DNA from: Patescibacteria group bacterium
GTDB lineage: Bacteria > Patescibacteriota > Patescibacteriia > 2-01-FULL-39-33
Direction: 5' to 3'
Assembly (NCBI GenBank): GCA_041662745.1
Contig: JBAZRV010000002.1
Coordinates: 21,785 to 85,784 of the forward strand
DNA length: 64,000 bases
This document shows positions 52,351-61,077 of this stretch, piece by piece (position 1 is the first letter of the stretch; each line of letters opens with the position of its first letter). The position numbers were made by a program, and so were the translations under genes. The notes under the pieces are model-generated. The model saw nothing but the letters and a program-made list of their open reading frames with translations, did not search any database and was not told where the DNA came from.

Positions 52351-52619
52351 CACTGGTTATCAGTTTGATGGTAATGGCGCCCTTGATGTTGATTCTGGCA
52401 GTCCTAACCGTTCAAGCGGAGAATCGCCTGGCAAAGCAGTCGCCGACAGTTGATCAGCAGTCTTCGCCGGCAGCTATGGATTCGTCGGCAGACATAGAAC
52501 AGATAAGCAGTCCGGAAGCGAATAATTTGTCGCAAAAATACTTGAGCGGCATGAGAGGCCCGGACAGCTTTTATCTGGAACGGGCGGAAACGGAACAACA
52601 AGAAGCAAAAGAAAAGTAA
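52314..52619 (+). CDS. Small membrane-anchored protein co-transcribed with the GC-rich gene
   Basis: Overlaps the upstream gene by 37 nt; one TM helix then a Ser/Gln-rich tail; terminator follows. Confidence 0.4.
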   Translation: MLERKARQRKKLALVISLMVMAPLMLILAVLTVQAENRLAKQSPTVDQQSSPAAMDSSADIEQISSPEANNLSQKYLSGMRGPDSFYLERAETEQQEAKEK

Positions 52620-52626
52620 GCACAAG

Positions 52627-52654
52627 AAACGGACCATCGCGGTCCGTTTTAAAA
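52627..52654 (+). terminator. Rho-independent terminator
   Basis: AAACGGACC-ATCGC-GGTCCGTTT then TAAAATT. Confidence 0.65.
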
Positions 52655-52809
52655 TTCATGGCTTTATCCGTATTAGCGGGGCAGTCGTTCAATTTTTGTT
52701 TTATCACCCTTGATTTTATTCCGTTATCTGTTATGATACAATAATTATATAAATTCGCTAAAAATCACCAGCCTTGAGCCGGCGAGCCAAGATAAAATAA
52801 GATAAACTT

Positions 52810-54978
52810 ATGAAACCAACCAAAAACAAAATTATTCTGACCGCAGTCATTATAGCGGTCTTGGCAGCGCTTTTGGCCGTTTGGTTTTTATGGCCGAAGA
52901 GCCAGCCGATAATTGATCAGCGTTATTATAACGGTCCGACCGGCCTTAACCTGATTGATCGGGCCTTGGCCGAAGAAAAAATTGATTCGGAAACAGCGTT
53001 GATTTATAAAGTGAAGTTTATTTTCCGCGATCCGACTTTGCCCCAGGAGTATTTTACCAAGGAGTTCCCGTTTGAAGAGGGCGGAGTTTTTGCGGAAGTC
53101 AGCGAGAATTGGGACAAACTGTCCCCAACCGCCAAGGAAATATTAGCGCCTTACTTTAAGCGTCCCGACGATTCGGAGAGTTACATCAGCCAAAAGCTTA
53201 ACAGTGAAACGCAGAATCAAGAAACGGGCTTGGGATTGATCAAGGCGGCTCAGGCTTTTGACCGTCCCTTGTCTTATAAGTCTGACGATAGCCTGATTAC
53301 GGCTGATGGCAAAATAAAAGTTTGGTATTTAGAAAAGAAAGAAACCATTAACGGCCGGGAAAATATTACTAAAATTTATTATGGTACGGCTCAAAAAATC
53401 GTCGCCAACTTAAATACTGACGGGGCCTATGCCCAATATGTCGGTTTACTAGGAAAAATCCCGCCCAGTGATGGGACTTTAGGCGGCGACAGCAAGACTG
53501 ATATTTATGTCGTGTCCACTGGTTATAGTTTATTGCTTAATGATGATAATTCGTCTTCTCAAGGGGTTAACGCGCCAGACGGTCCCACGAATGGAAGCAG
53601 TTTTATTTTAATTCGTGATAACTTAAACGCCAAGCATTTAAAAACTACGACCGTTCATGAAATCTTCCACGCTTTCCAGCGGGCTTTTAATTGCCGGCTG
53701 ACCAAAGCCAATTGGTGGTGGATTGAAGGCACGGCCACTTGGTCGGAAGACATGATTTATCCTAAGGAAGATTCCGAACAAGGCTATGTGGAGAGTTTTA
53801 TGCCTAGGCCCGACACCAGCTTGTTTAAAAACGGCGATAATTTTGAATATGGCGCTTATCTTTTTCCGTTTTATCTCTCCAATACTTACGATCGGATGAT
53901 TGTCACTAAAGTTTTTGAAAATTGCAAAAGCGATGGCGATCCTTTGGCTAGCGCCGAAGCAACGATTGACGGCGGTTTTAAAAAAAATTGGAGAGAGTTC
54001 GCTTTATGGAATTTTAATCAACAGCCGGTTGAATATTACAAAAAAGCCGATCAAAGCAAAAAATTTCCGGCCGATACTTCGCAAAAAAGCAATAATGATC
54101 TGATTTTTTTGGCGCCGGGCGAAAACACTATTCCTACCAAAGAATTAAACCCCCTGACAGCCCAAGTGATTGAAACTTTTTTCAGCGAATCGCAAGGCGT
54201 GCGCAAGGCGGTTTTTAAAAATTTTAAAAATTTTACCGGCAAAAGCGCTAAGGGAGCGATAAAAGCCATAATTTATCCCAAGAATAACGGCCAGCCGTAT
54301 ATTGAAGATTGGACGGAAAAGGAAAGCCGCAGCTTTTGTTTTGATAAAGCCGACGATAATTTTGATAAGATAATCTTGATTTTCAGCAACGCGGAATTGA
54401 AAAATAAAATTGCAGCAACCGGTATCAAGGTCAAAACTCTGGAGTCTTGCTACGCAATTGATCAGGGCGAAACTATGACCGTCAAGCCGATTTTCGCCGT
54501 AACGTCGGGCTATGTTGGCACGTTGAAATACCAAGCCGAGGGCGGCTTGGTTAAGGATTCCGTGCCGGCCGCGGCCAAGTATCCTTACTTGGGTAAGTGG
54601 CAGGTCAAAGTTGATTATTTGGAGCAATTTCCGCCCCAAAGAGTGGTGGCGATTACCGCCAGCGAGATGGATTTCGCTTATAACCATTATTTGGAATTTG
54701 ATTTGAGCGCCGATTCTGTTTTAAAAGACGGCACGGTTGAAGTGACCACTAAGGAAGGCAAGTTTGAGACCCCGGGCTGGGAAATCCATAATGAACTGTC
54801 CGGCCAGACAGCGACCATTCCCAAAAATACCACCATGTGGGATGTGCCGCAGAAAGGCGTGATTACGGAAATGACCGCAGACGGCTGTAAGATCAGCTTG
54901 CCCGATTTCGTTTTGTATAATTCCGGCGGTTATCGCAGTTTGCCCCATCCGATAGTTTTGGAAATAAAAAATAATTAG
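52810..54978 (+). CDS. Membrane-anchored large extracytoplasmic protein with an HExxH...E gluzincin-like motif (putative zinc metalloprotease)
   Basis: N-terminal TM; TVHEIFHAFQRAF...WWWIEG. Confidence 0.4.
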   Translation: MKPTKNKIILTAVIIAVLAALLAVWFLWPKSQPIIDQRYYNGPTGLNLIDRALAEEKIDSETALIYKVKFIFRDPTLPQEYFTKEFPFEEGGVFAEVSENWDKLSPTAKEILAPYFKRPDDSESYISQKLNSETQNQETGLGLIKAAQAFDRPLSYKSDDSLITADGKIKVWYLEKKETINGRENITKIYYGTAQKIVANLNTDGAYAQYVGLLGKIPPSDGTLGGDSKTDIYVVSTGYSLLLNDDNSSSQGVNAPDGPTNGSSFILIRDNLNAKHLKTTTVHEIFHAFQRAFNCRLTKANWWWIEGTATWSEDMIYPKEDSEQGYVESFMPRPDTSLFKNGDNFEYGAYLFPFYLSNTYDRMIVTKVFENCKSDGDPLASAEATIDGGFKKNWREFALWNFNQQPVEYYKKADQSKKFPADTSQKSNNDLIFLAPGENTIPTKELNPLTAQVIETFFSESQGVRKAVFKNFKNFTGKSAKGAIKAIIYPKNNGQPYIEDWTEKESRSFCFDKADDNFDKIILIFSNAELKNKIAATGIKVKTLESCYAIDQGETMTVKPIFAVTSGYVGTLKYQAEGGLVKDSVPAAAKYPYLGKWQVKVDYLEQFPPQRVVAITASEMDFAYNHYLEFDLSADSVLKDGTVEVTTKEGKFETPGWEIHNELSGQTATIPKNTTMWDVPQKGVITEMTADGCKISLPDFVLYNSGGYRSLPHPIVLEIKNN

Positions 54979-54996
54979 TTTGCCAAATAATTTTTA

Positions 54997-56007
54997 ATGG
55001 CCACCCCTTTTAAAAAATTAATAGTGATTCTCGGTCCGACCGCCACCGGCAAAACCCGCTTGGCGGTCGCTTTGGCGCGACGCTTTGGCGGTGAAATAAT
55101 CTCCGCCGACAGCCGGCAGGTGTATCGGGGCATGGATATCGGCACGGGCAAGGATTTGCAAGAGTATGTTTTGACTGGGTCGGCCGTGAAATCAACCGGG
55201 CGGACCGGTAGGGCCTTAAAAGGGCATTCTGGAAGGGTGCTGGGAGGCCATAAAACGACCGGCAATATGCCTTATCATTTAATTGATATAATTCAGCCGA
55301 TGACGCCGTTTAACGTCGCCAAGTATCAGAAGCTGGCCTATCGGTCTATTGAGGGAGTGTTAGCCCGAGGCAAGGTGCCGATTCTATGCGGCGGTACGGG
55401 CCTCTACATTGACGCGGTGACCAGGGGCTATGAGTTTGGCGGGGCGTTGGCGGACAAGGAGCTTAAGGCGTTGCGCAACAGGTTGGATAAATTGTCCCTG
55501 CCCCGGCTTTTGGCGCGATTAAAAAAAATTGACTTGCCGACTTATAAGACGATAGATCGGAAAAACCGCCGGCGCGTGCAAAGGGCGGTAGAGATTTATT
55601 ATCAAACCGGCCGGAAGAAATCCGTCGGCGACCGGCCGGTCAAGTCGGATTATGATTTGCTGATTATCGGAGTGAAGTTTCCGCTGGCGGAGATTTATCG
55701 CCGTATTGACAGCCGGCTGGAAACACGAATCAAGGAGGGGATGATCAAAGAAATAAAAAAACTCCGCCGGCAGGGCGTGAGTTGGAAGCGCTTGGAGGAA
55801 TTCGGTTTGGAGTATCGTTATGTGTCGCGTTATTTGCGTGGCCTGATCGGCTATCGGGAAATGTTGGAGCAACTCAGGAATGAAATCCATCATTTCGCCA
55901 AACGGCAGCTGACTTGGTTTAAAAGAAACAAAGACATTGTTTGGGTTAACGAACCCCAAGAGGCCGAGCGAGCCATTGACGGTTTCCTTAAAAAATTACC
56001 ATTATAA
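54997..56007 (+). CDS. miaA: tRNA dimethylallyltransferase
   Basis: P-loop ILGPTATGKT; SRQVYRGMDIGT; insertion within the core. Confidence 0.85.
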   Translation: MATPFKKLIVILGPTATGKTRLAVALARRFGGEIISADSRQVYRGMDIGTGKDLQEYVLTGSAVKSTGRTGRALKGHSGRVLGGHKTTGNMPYHLIDIIQPMTPFNVAKYQKLAYRSIEGVLARGKVPILCGGTGLYIDAVTRGYEFGGALADKELKALRNRLDKLSLPRLLARLKKIDLPTYKTIDRKNRRRVQRAVEIYYQTGRKKSVGDRPVKSDYDLLIIGVKFPLAEIYRRIDSRLETRIKEGMIKEIKKLRRQGVSWKRLEEFGLEYRYVSRYLRGLIGYREMLEQLRNEIHHFAKRQLTWFKRNKDIVWVNEPQEAERAIDGFLKKLPL

Positions 56008-56008
56008 A

Positions 56009-56041
56009 CCGCCACATTGATTGTGTGGCGGATTTATTTTT
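56009..56041 (+). terminator. Terminator after miaA
   Basis: CCGCCACA-TTGATTG-TGTGGCGG then ATTTATTTTT. Confidence 0.7.
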
Positions 56042-56293
56042 GACCGCACAATTATTTGTGATTTATTTATGATTCGCCATCTTTAACTTCTTTAGAGATT
56101 TTTTGAGAAAGCGGATTCTGGTCAAAATCTTGCCGTCCCCGTTATAATCTTATTTGTTTCTGGTTTTAAGTTTAATCATTGGTTAATTAGTTTGTCGGTT
56201 TTTTTTATCAATTTTTATCATTATTTTTATCTAATTTTATACATTTATAAGCTATGGGTTACGTATTGGATAATGTTTGCGTGGATAAACTTT

Positions 56294-57295
56294 TGTTTAG
56301 TTAACAGTCAAGGGTGACACTTTGGATTGGATTGATACCATATATTGATTAAACTTTTGTATTGGAGTTAAACCGTTCATGTTCTTGCCCAAATGGTATC
56401 TCTCATGGTTGTACCAATGAACGTATTCTCTCAAACTCTTGAATGGCTTGCCGGGATTTAAATAGTACTCGTCATCTACGCTCCGATTAGCCCTTTCAAC
56501 TTTGCCGTTCCAAGGAGCGCTTCTCTTGGGAATGAATCTCTGATTGATGCCGCTATTTTTAACATGGCTGGCAAAGCCGCCTCGAAACTCTCCGCCATTG
56601 TCAGTCTGCAGTCCCTTGATCTCGAAAGGAAAGAATCTCTTGGCTTTCTTCAACGCGATCATCGATGTCGGCGCATTCCGGCTGTAGCAGTCGACAGCTA
56701 ATTGCATATTCGTGTAAGTATCGATGAATCTGTATTGATAGTTCCAAACTCCCGGTTCTTCCTCTGATGGCACGTATTTTACGTCTAATTGGACGTTTTC
56801 TCCTGGCTGTTTGGCTTTGTAGGGCTCTTTCATGGGCTGATACCAAGGTTGTTTTCTCTGCGGCTTCCTGATCAATTTCTTCTTCTTGTAGTAGCGGTAA
56901 ATTATCGTAGTCGAGATATCGACATTCAATTTCTCTTTGACATGGAGTTTCATCTTCTTCGGCCCATAATTGTATTTGAGCTTGGCATCGTAGATGAAGC
57001 ATCTGACTTGAGAAGTCATCTTCAACTGGGGATGGAGCTCACGGCTGATGTGTCTGTTAGAGCCGTAACCATGATCCTTGTTGTACCATTTGTAGTAGGT
57101 CTTGCGAGAAATGCCGAAGATATTGCAAACCTCTTCAATCGTTTTTCCATACTTTTCGACCTGGCGATACCATCTGAACCTCATTTCCTGAGGAGCGCTA
57201 AGCGGTGATCCTGGCATATATTTGGCTGATTTTAGGTGAGTTAACAGTGTCACCCTTATCCTACCAGAATGTCACCCTTTAATGTTAACTGTACA
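56294..57295 (-). mobile_element. IS481-family insertion sequence (~1.0 kb) with imperfect terminal IRs and a 5-6 bp target-site duplication ACTTT(T)
   Basis: IR-L TGTTTAGTTAACAGTCAAGGGTGAC vs rc of IR-R TGTACAGTTAACATTAAAGGGTGAC; flanking ACTTTT at 56289-56294 and 57296-57301. Confidence 0.7.
56297..57217 (-). CDS. IS481-family DDE transposase
   Basis: N-terminal HTH; integrase core with VQLDVKYV, LQTDNGGEF, APWNGKVERANRS; stop lies inside IR-L. Confidence 0.75.
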   Translation of the reverse strand: MPGSPLSAPQEMRFRWYRQVEKYGKTIEEVCNIFGISRKTYYKWYNKDHGYGSNRHISRELHPQLKMTSQVRCFIYDAKLKYNYGPKKMKLHVKEKLNVDISTTIIYRYYKKKKLIRKPQRKQPWYQPMKEPYKAKQPGENVQLDVKYVPSEEEPGVWNYQYRFIDTYTNMQLAVDCYSRNAPTSMIALKKAKRFFPFEIKGLQTDNGGEFRGGFASHVKNSGINQRFIPKRSAPWNGKVERANRSVDDEYYLNPGKPFKSLREYVHWYNHERYHLGKNMNGLTPIQKFNQYMVSIQSKVSPLTVN

Positions 57296-57300
57296 ACTTT

Positions 57301-57329
57301 TTGACAAAAATATCAATGTATGCTATAAT
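57301..57329 (+). promoter_or_regulatory. Consensus sigma-70 promoter (TTGACA-17-TATAAT) immediately abutting the IS right end
   Basis: Seen directly; drives the 57397 gene with a ~60-nt leader. Confidence 0.55.
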
Positions 57330-57396
57330 TATATATTCCTCATTGGGAGGAAGGCACCTACACAATCGCAGTTAGCAACACAGAAGGGAAATTGCA

Positions 57397-58335
57397 ATGC
57401 GTAACATCGCGGTCTTCACGATCTTGCTGGCCTGTGCGTTTTTGGTTTTGGCGGTTTCGGCTTTTGCTGACGCCCCTTATCATGACGCCGATACCAATCA
57501 GGACAACAAAATAGAATTGTCCGAACTTTTGCGCGTCATTCAGTTCTTCAATATGGATGGGTATCATGCTTGTCCGGAAGAGGGAACCGAAGACGGCTTC
57601 TGTCCCGGCTTATCTCCGAGTGAAGGCGAAGGAGAAGGCGAAGGAGTCGAAAGTTATACCGTCTCCTTAGTAGCTGATCCTCCTGATGCTGGTACCATAA
57701 ATTTTATGCCGGATTCTTCGGAAACAACAATGACCGTTGAAGGCGGTACAAGAGTGACTATTGGCGCAACGGTTTTTCCCGGCTGGTATTTTAATCGTTT
57801 TAAGATAGTCGATTCTACTGGCCATACCGTTTATTCGACGATCAACCCCTTCTCGATTATCGTTTGGGATGATCAAGTTGTCACCGCTCAATTCGTCCTT
57901 AATTACGTGTCGGTCCCGACTATTTCATTCCGTTGCAGTTCAAGTAGCGATATCCAATTATCTGTTAGGATGCCCAGCGGTAATAATCTCCACAGCTACT
58001 TGGTTGATCCGACCATTGGCCATCTCAACTATGTGGGAGTAGCCGGACCAAACGGAAACTGGGTATGGGATCCGGAAACTAGCCCTCGCAATCCGGATAT
58101 CGTAATTATTGAATCAGAGACTTACTGGTTGATTCAATTAACCACTAATTTTGAGTCCTGGGCACCGGATCATTTCCGTGGCAATCTGTTTGCTGTGGAT
58201 GACACGGGCCAGATGTCGTTTTTTGACCTCAGCCAATGGTCGGTCAATTACGGGTTGGATGATTCAGTGGTGGTTGATGATGGATCCGGCGAATTGGCGA
58301 TTGAATTCCTTCGGGATGATGGCGACTGCTACTAG
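57397..58335 (+). CDS. Secreted protein with an N-terminal DxDxNxDN-I-xLSELL calcium-binding-like (dockerin/EF-hand-like) motif
   Basis: Signal peptide; YHDADTNQDNKIELSELLRVIQFFN; EGEGEGEG linker; paralog at 63838. Confidence 0.5.
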   Translation: MRNIAVFTILLACAFLVLAVSAFADAPYHDADTNQDNKIELSELLRVIQFFNMDGYHACPEEGTEDGFCPGLSPSEGEGEGEGVESYTVSLVADPPDAGTINFMPDSSETTMTVEGGTRVTIGATVFPGWYFNRFKIVDSTGHTVYSTINPFSIIVWDDQVVTAQFVLNYVSVPTISFRCSSSSDIQLSVRMPSGNNLHSYLVDPTIGHLNYVGVAGPNGNWVWDPETSPRNPDIVIIESETYWLIQLTTNFESWAPDHFRGNLFAVDDTGQMSFFDLSQWSVNYGLDDSVVVDDGSGELAIEFLRDDGDCY

Positions 58336-58392
58336 AAAGTAGTCACTACGACAGACGCACCTTACGGGCGGTCAGCAAGAGCTGGCCGTCTA

Positions 58393-58647
58393 TTATTTTA
58401 GGCCGCCTTTGCCAAAAGTCCTGTTTAGCCATTCTTTTAGGGGAGCATCCTTGTCTAATTCTTTTCGCGCCGCTTGTTCCCTGATGGTCGGCTCAATATC
58501 GTTAGCGATGTTCGTCAATTCCGCCTCGCGGTCGCTTAAATCGCCGCCTTGGCGGGATTCGCGGGTTTTTTCGGCTTGATTCAACCCATCAAGATCAACT
58601 ATTCCCGGGGAAGGTAATTCCGTCCCTCTTTTCGTTGTTTCCGGCAT
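58393..58647 (-). CDS. Hypothetical protein (84 aa)
   Basis: ORF downstream of gatB on the same strand. Confidence 0.35.
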   Translation of the reverse strand: MPETTKRGTELPSPGIVDLDGLNQAEKTRESRQGGDLSDREAELTNIANDIEPTIREQAARKELDKDAPLKEWLNRTFGKGGLK

Positions 58648-58658
58648 ATTATTTATAA

Positions 58659-59228
58659 TTAAAATTTAGGTTTGAGCGAGCTGGGTATGCCGGCAGAAAC
58701 AAATCCGCCGCCGCCGGCTTTGCCGGACAGAGAAGAGGCGATACGGCGGGAACCGGTCAGACTGGTAGCTTTTGCCTGTTGGCGTTGCAAGAACGAAGGC
58801 TTTTCTCCGGCATGGGGGCCAAGAGCTTTTTGATTTAATGAGCTTACGCCGGCTTGGCCCAAATCTTCTTCTGACATCTCCAGAATATGTTCCCGTCTGA
58901 CGCGGGCAATGCTTTGGGCCTTGACGCGTTCTTTGTTGAGGTACTCCTTAACGGCAAAAGTCGGATTCTTCTCAAAGCCGTAGACGCCGGCTCGGTTAAG
59001 AACGGCAGCGATTTCTTTCATTTGCGAAACAGGAATCGGCTTGTCTTGAGTGATTATCTTGCTGATGGCCGGATCATCGTAACCGGCGTTCCTTAGGGCC
59101 TCCTTGGTTTTCCACAGGACGGATTCGCCAACCGCCCGACGGCTTTTGATGTTGGCTTGGTAGAGTTTAGAAAATTTTATTTCCTTGGGCGTGTATTTTT
59201 GCGCCTGGGATTGTTGGATAAAAGGCAT
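58659..59228 (-). CDS. Hypothetical protein (189 aa)
   Basis: ORF downstream of gatB; Gly/Ser-rich C-terminus. Confidence 0.4.
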   Translation of the reverse strand: MPFIQQSQAQKYTPKEIKFSKLYQANIKSRRAVGESVLWKTKEALRNAGYDDPAISKIITQDKPIPVSQMKEIAAVLNRAGVYGFEKNPTFAVKEYLNKERVKAQSIARVRREHILEMSEEDLGQAGVSSLNQKALGPHAGEKPSFLQRQQAKATSLTGSRRIASSLSGKAGGGGFVSAGIPSSLKPKF

Positions 59229-59297
59229 GGGATTATTTGAACTGAGGAATTGAAAATCTCGCGCTATGATAATTAACGGGATAATTATGGCAAATCG

Positions 59298-60821
59298 TTA
59301 GCTTAGTTTCTTGGTCAATAAGTCATTGATTATCGCCGGATTGGCCTTGCCCTTGGCTTCGCGCATCACTTGGCCGACTAAGAATTTGAAGGAAGCCTCT
59401 TTGCCTGCTTTAAAATCCTCCACTGCTTTGGGATTGGCGGCGATGATTTTTTCCACAATCGTTTCAATTTCTCCGGCATCTTCCATTTGGCCTAAGTTTT
59501 TCTCTTCCATAATATCAGACGGATCTTTGCCGGTGGCGAACATTTCTTCCAGTATTTGCTGGGCGGCCAGATTATTGACTTTGGAAACATAGATTAATGA
59601 CAGGAATTCGGCGAAGTTTTCCGGCGCAATCTTGCAATCCTTGATAGCGGTTTTATGTTCGTTTAAATGCTTGAACAGATGGTTAACCAGCCAATTGCCA
59701 ACCAGTTTGGAGATTTTTTTGCCTTCGCGCTCCCGGATTTCCTCGGCCGTGCCCTCAACTTCGGGCACGCTGTCCAGCCATTCAATCATTTCCGAAATAA
59801 CTTCTTCGGCGTAGGCGGCCAAGGCCTTGTCGGCTACGATGATGCCGGCGACTTCCGGATCAAATTGGTATTCGGCCACGAAACGCTTGAGTTTGGCTTG
59901 GGGCAATTCCGGCAGGGTGGCGCGCAATAAGGCGATTTTATCTTCGCTGATTTGTAGCGGCGGCAAGTCCGGCTCGGGGAAATAGCGGTAGTCGGCGGCG
60001 GTTTCCTTGATGCGTTGGCTGAAAGTTTCTTGTTTGGCATCATCCCAGCCGCGGGTTTCTTGCACCAGCTTTTCGCCGGCATCAATCGCTTTGGTTTGCC
60101 GGCGGATTTCAAATTCAATGGCTCGCTCCAGGGAGCGGAATGAATTGATGTTTTTGAGCTCCACTTTGGGATTCAACCGGTAATCCAACAGCGGTTTGAC
60201 TTCGTTATTGACGATTTCAAATTTGCCGTCTTCTTGCAATGACACGTTAGCCTCGCAACGCATTTGGCCCTTTTCCATATCCGCTTCGGAGATTTCCAGA
60301 TAACGCAGGATTTGTTGGTAAAGCTGGCAGAATTCTTTGGCTTCCTTGGCGCTGTCAATGACCGGCCCGGTGACCAATTCAATCAGGGGAGTGCCGGCGC
60401 GCGACAAGTCAACCAAAGTACCGGAAGAAACATGGGAGAGCTTGCCCGTGTCTTCCTCCAAGTGGATGCGCACGATGGAAACGTTTTTTTTGCCGACTTG
60501 CAGGTTGCCGTCGTAAGTCAAAGGCAAATCATATTGGGAAATCTGATAGCCCTTGGGCAGGTCGGGATAAAAATAATTTTTGCGGTCAAACTTGGTGAAG
60601 TTATTGATTTGGCAATTCAAAGCCAGACCGACCAAAATTGTCCAGTCAATCGCTTGACGGTTGGCTACCGGCAACATGCCCGGATGGCCCAGGCAGATAG
60701 GGCAAATGTTTTCGTTGGGCTTGTCCTGCAGTTTGTAGCCGTTGGCGCAGGTGCAGAACATTTTGGTTTTGGTGTTGAGTTCGGCGTGGATTTCCATGCC
60801 GATAACCGGAACAAGCTTCAT
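59298..60821 (-). CDS. gatB: Asp/Glu-tRNA amidotransferase subunit B
   Basis: N-terminal IGMEIHAEL...CxC...CPICLGHPG motif; 507 aa. Confidence 0.88.
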   Translation of the reverse strand: MKLVPVIGMEIHAELNTKTKMFCTCANGYKLQDKPNENICPICLGHPGMLPVANRQAIDWTILVGLALNCQINNFTKFDRKNYFYPDLPKGYQISQYDLPLTYDGNLQVGKKNVSIVRIHLEEDTGKLSHVSSGTLVDLSRAGTPLIELVTGPVIDSAKEAKEFCQLYQQILRYLEISEADMEKGQMRCEANVSLQEDGKFEIVNNEVKPLLDYRLNPKVELKNINSFRSLERAIEFEIRRQTKAIDAGEKLVQETRGWDDAKQETFSQRIKETAADYRYFPEPDLPPLQISEDKIALLRATLPELPQAKLKRFVAEYQFDPEVAGIIVADKALAAYAEEVISEMIEWLDSVPEVEGTAEEIREREGKKISKLVGNWLVNHLFKHLNEHKTAIKDCKIAPENFAEFLSLIYVSKVNNLAAQQILEEMFATGKDPSDIMEEKNLGQMEDAGEIETIVEKIIAANPKAVEDFKAGKEASFKFLVGQVMREAKGKANPAIINDLLTKKLS

Positions 60822-61023
60822 AGTGTCTGGTGTCTATAATGGTTTAAGTTGAATATAGTTTAACGTTTTTTGCCGTAAAAATCAAGTCTAACCCCCTTCC
60901 CCCTATCCCCGTTTTAAAGATTTCTTATTCAATCAAAAGGCCAATAGTTTGTAAAAAATGTGTTTAAAATAAGGTAAAGGGGCTTTATTTTTCGCTTGGC
61001 CTAACAGCTGAGCGTTTTTGCAT

Positions 61024-61048
61024 AAAAAAACCGGCAAAAGTTTGCCGG
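61024..61048 (-). terminator. Terminator for thyX
   Basis: CCGGCAA-AAGT-TTGCCGG; T8 tract on the minus strand. Confidence 0.7.
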
Positions 61049-61077
61049 TGATAAGGTGCGAGATTAAGAATGATTTT

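Noticed and set aside
51628-52353. 241-aa minus-strand ORF opposite the GC-rich gene
   Set aside because: It is a typical long antisense ORF in high-GC DNA, with Ala/Arg/Leu/Gly-rich composition. The plus-strand gene has an RBS and a paralog at 32329.
54145-54687. 180-aa minus-strand ORF inside the 722-aa gene
   Set aside because: It is embedded antisense in a longer ORF that has a signal/TM and motif support.
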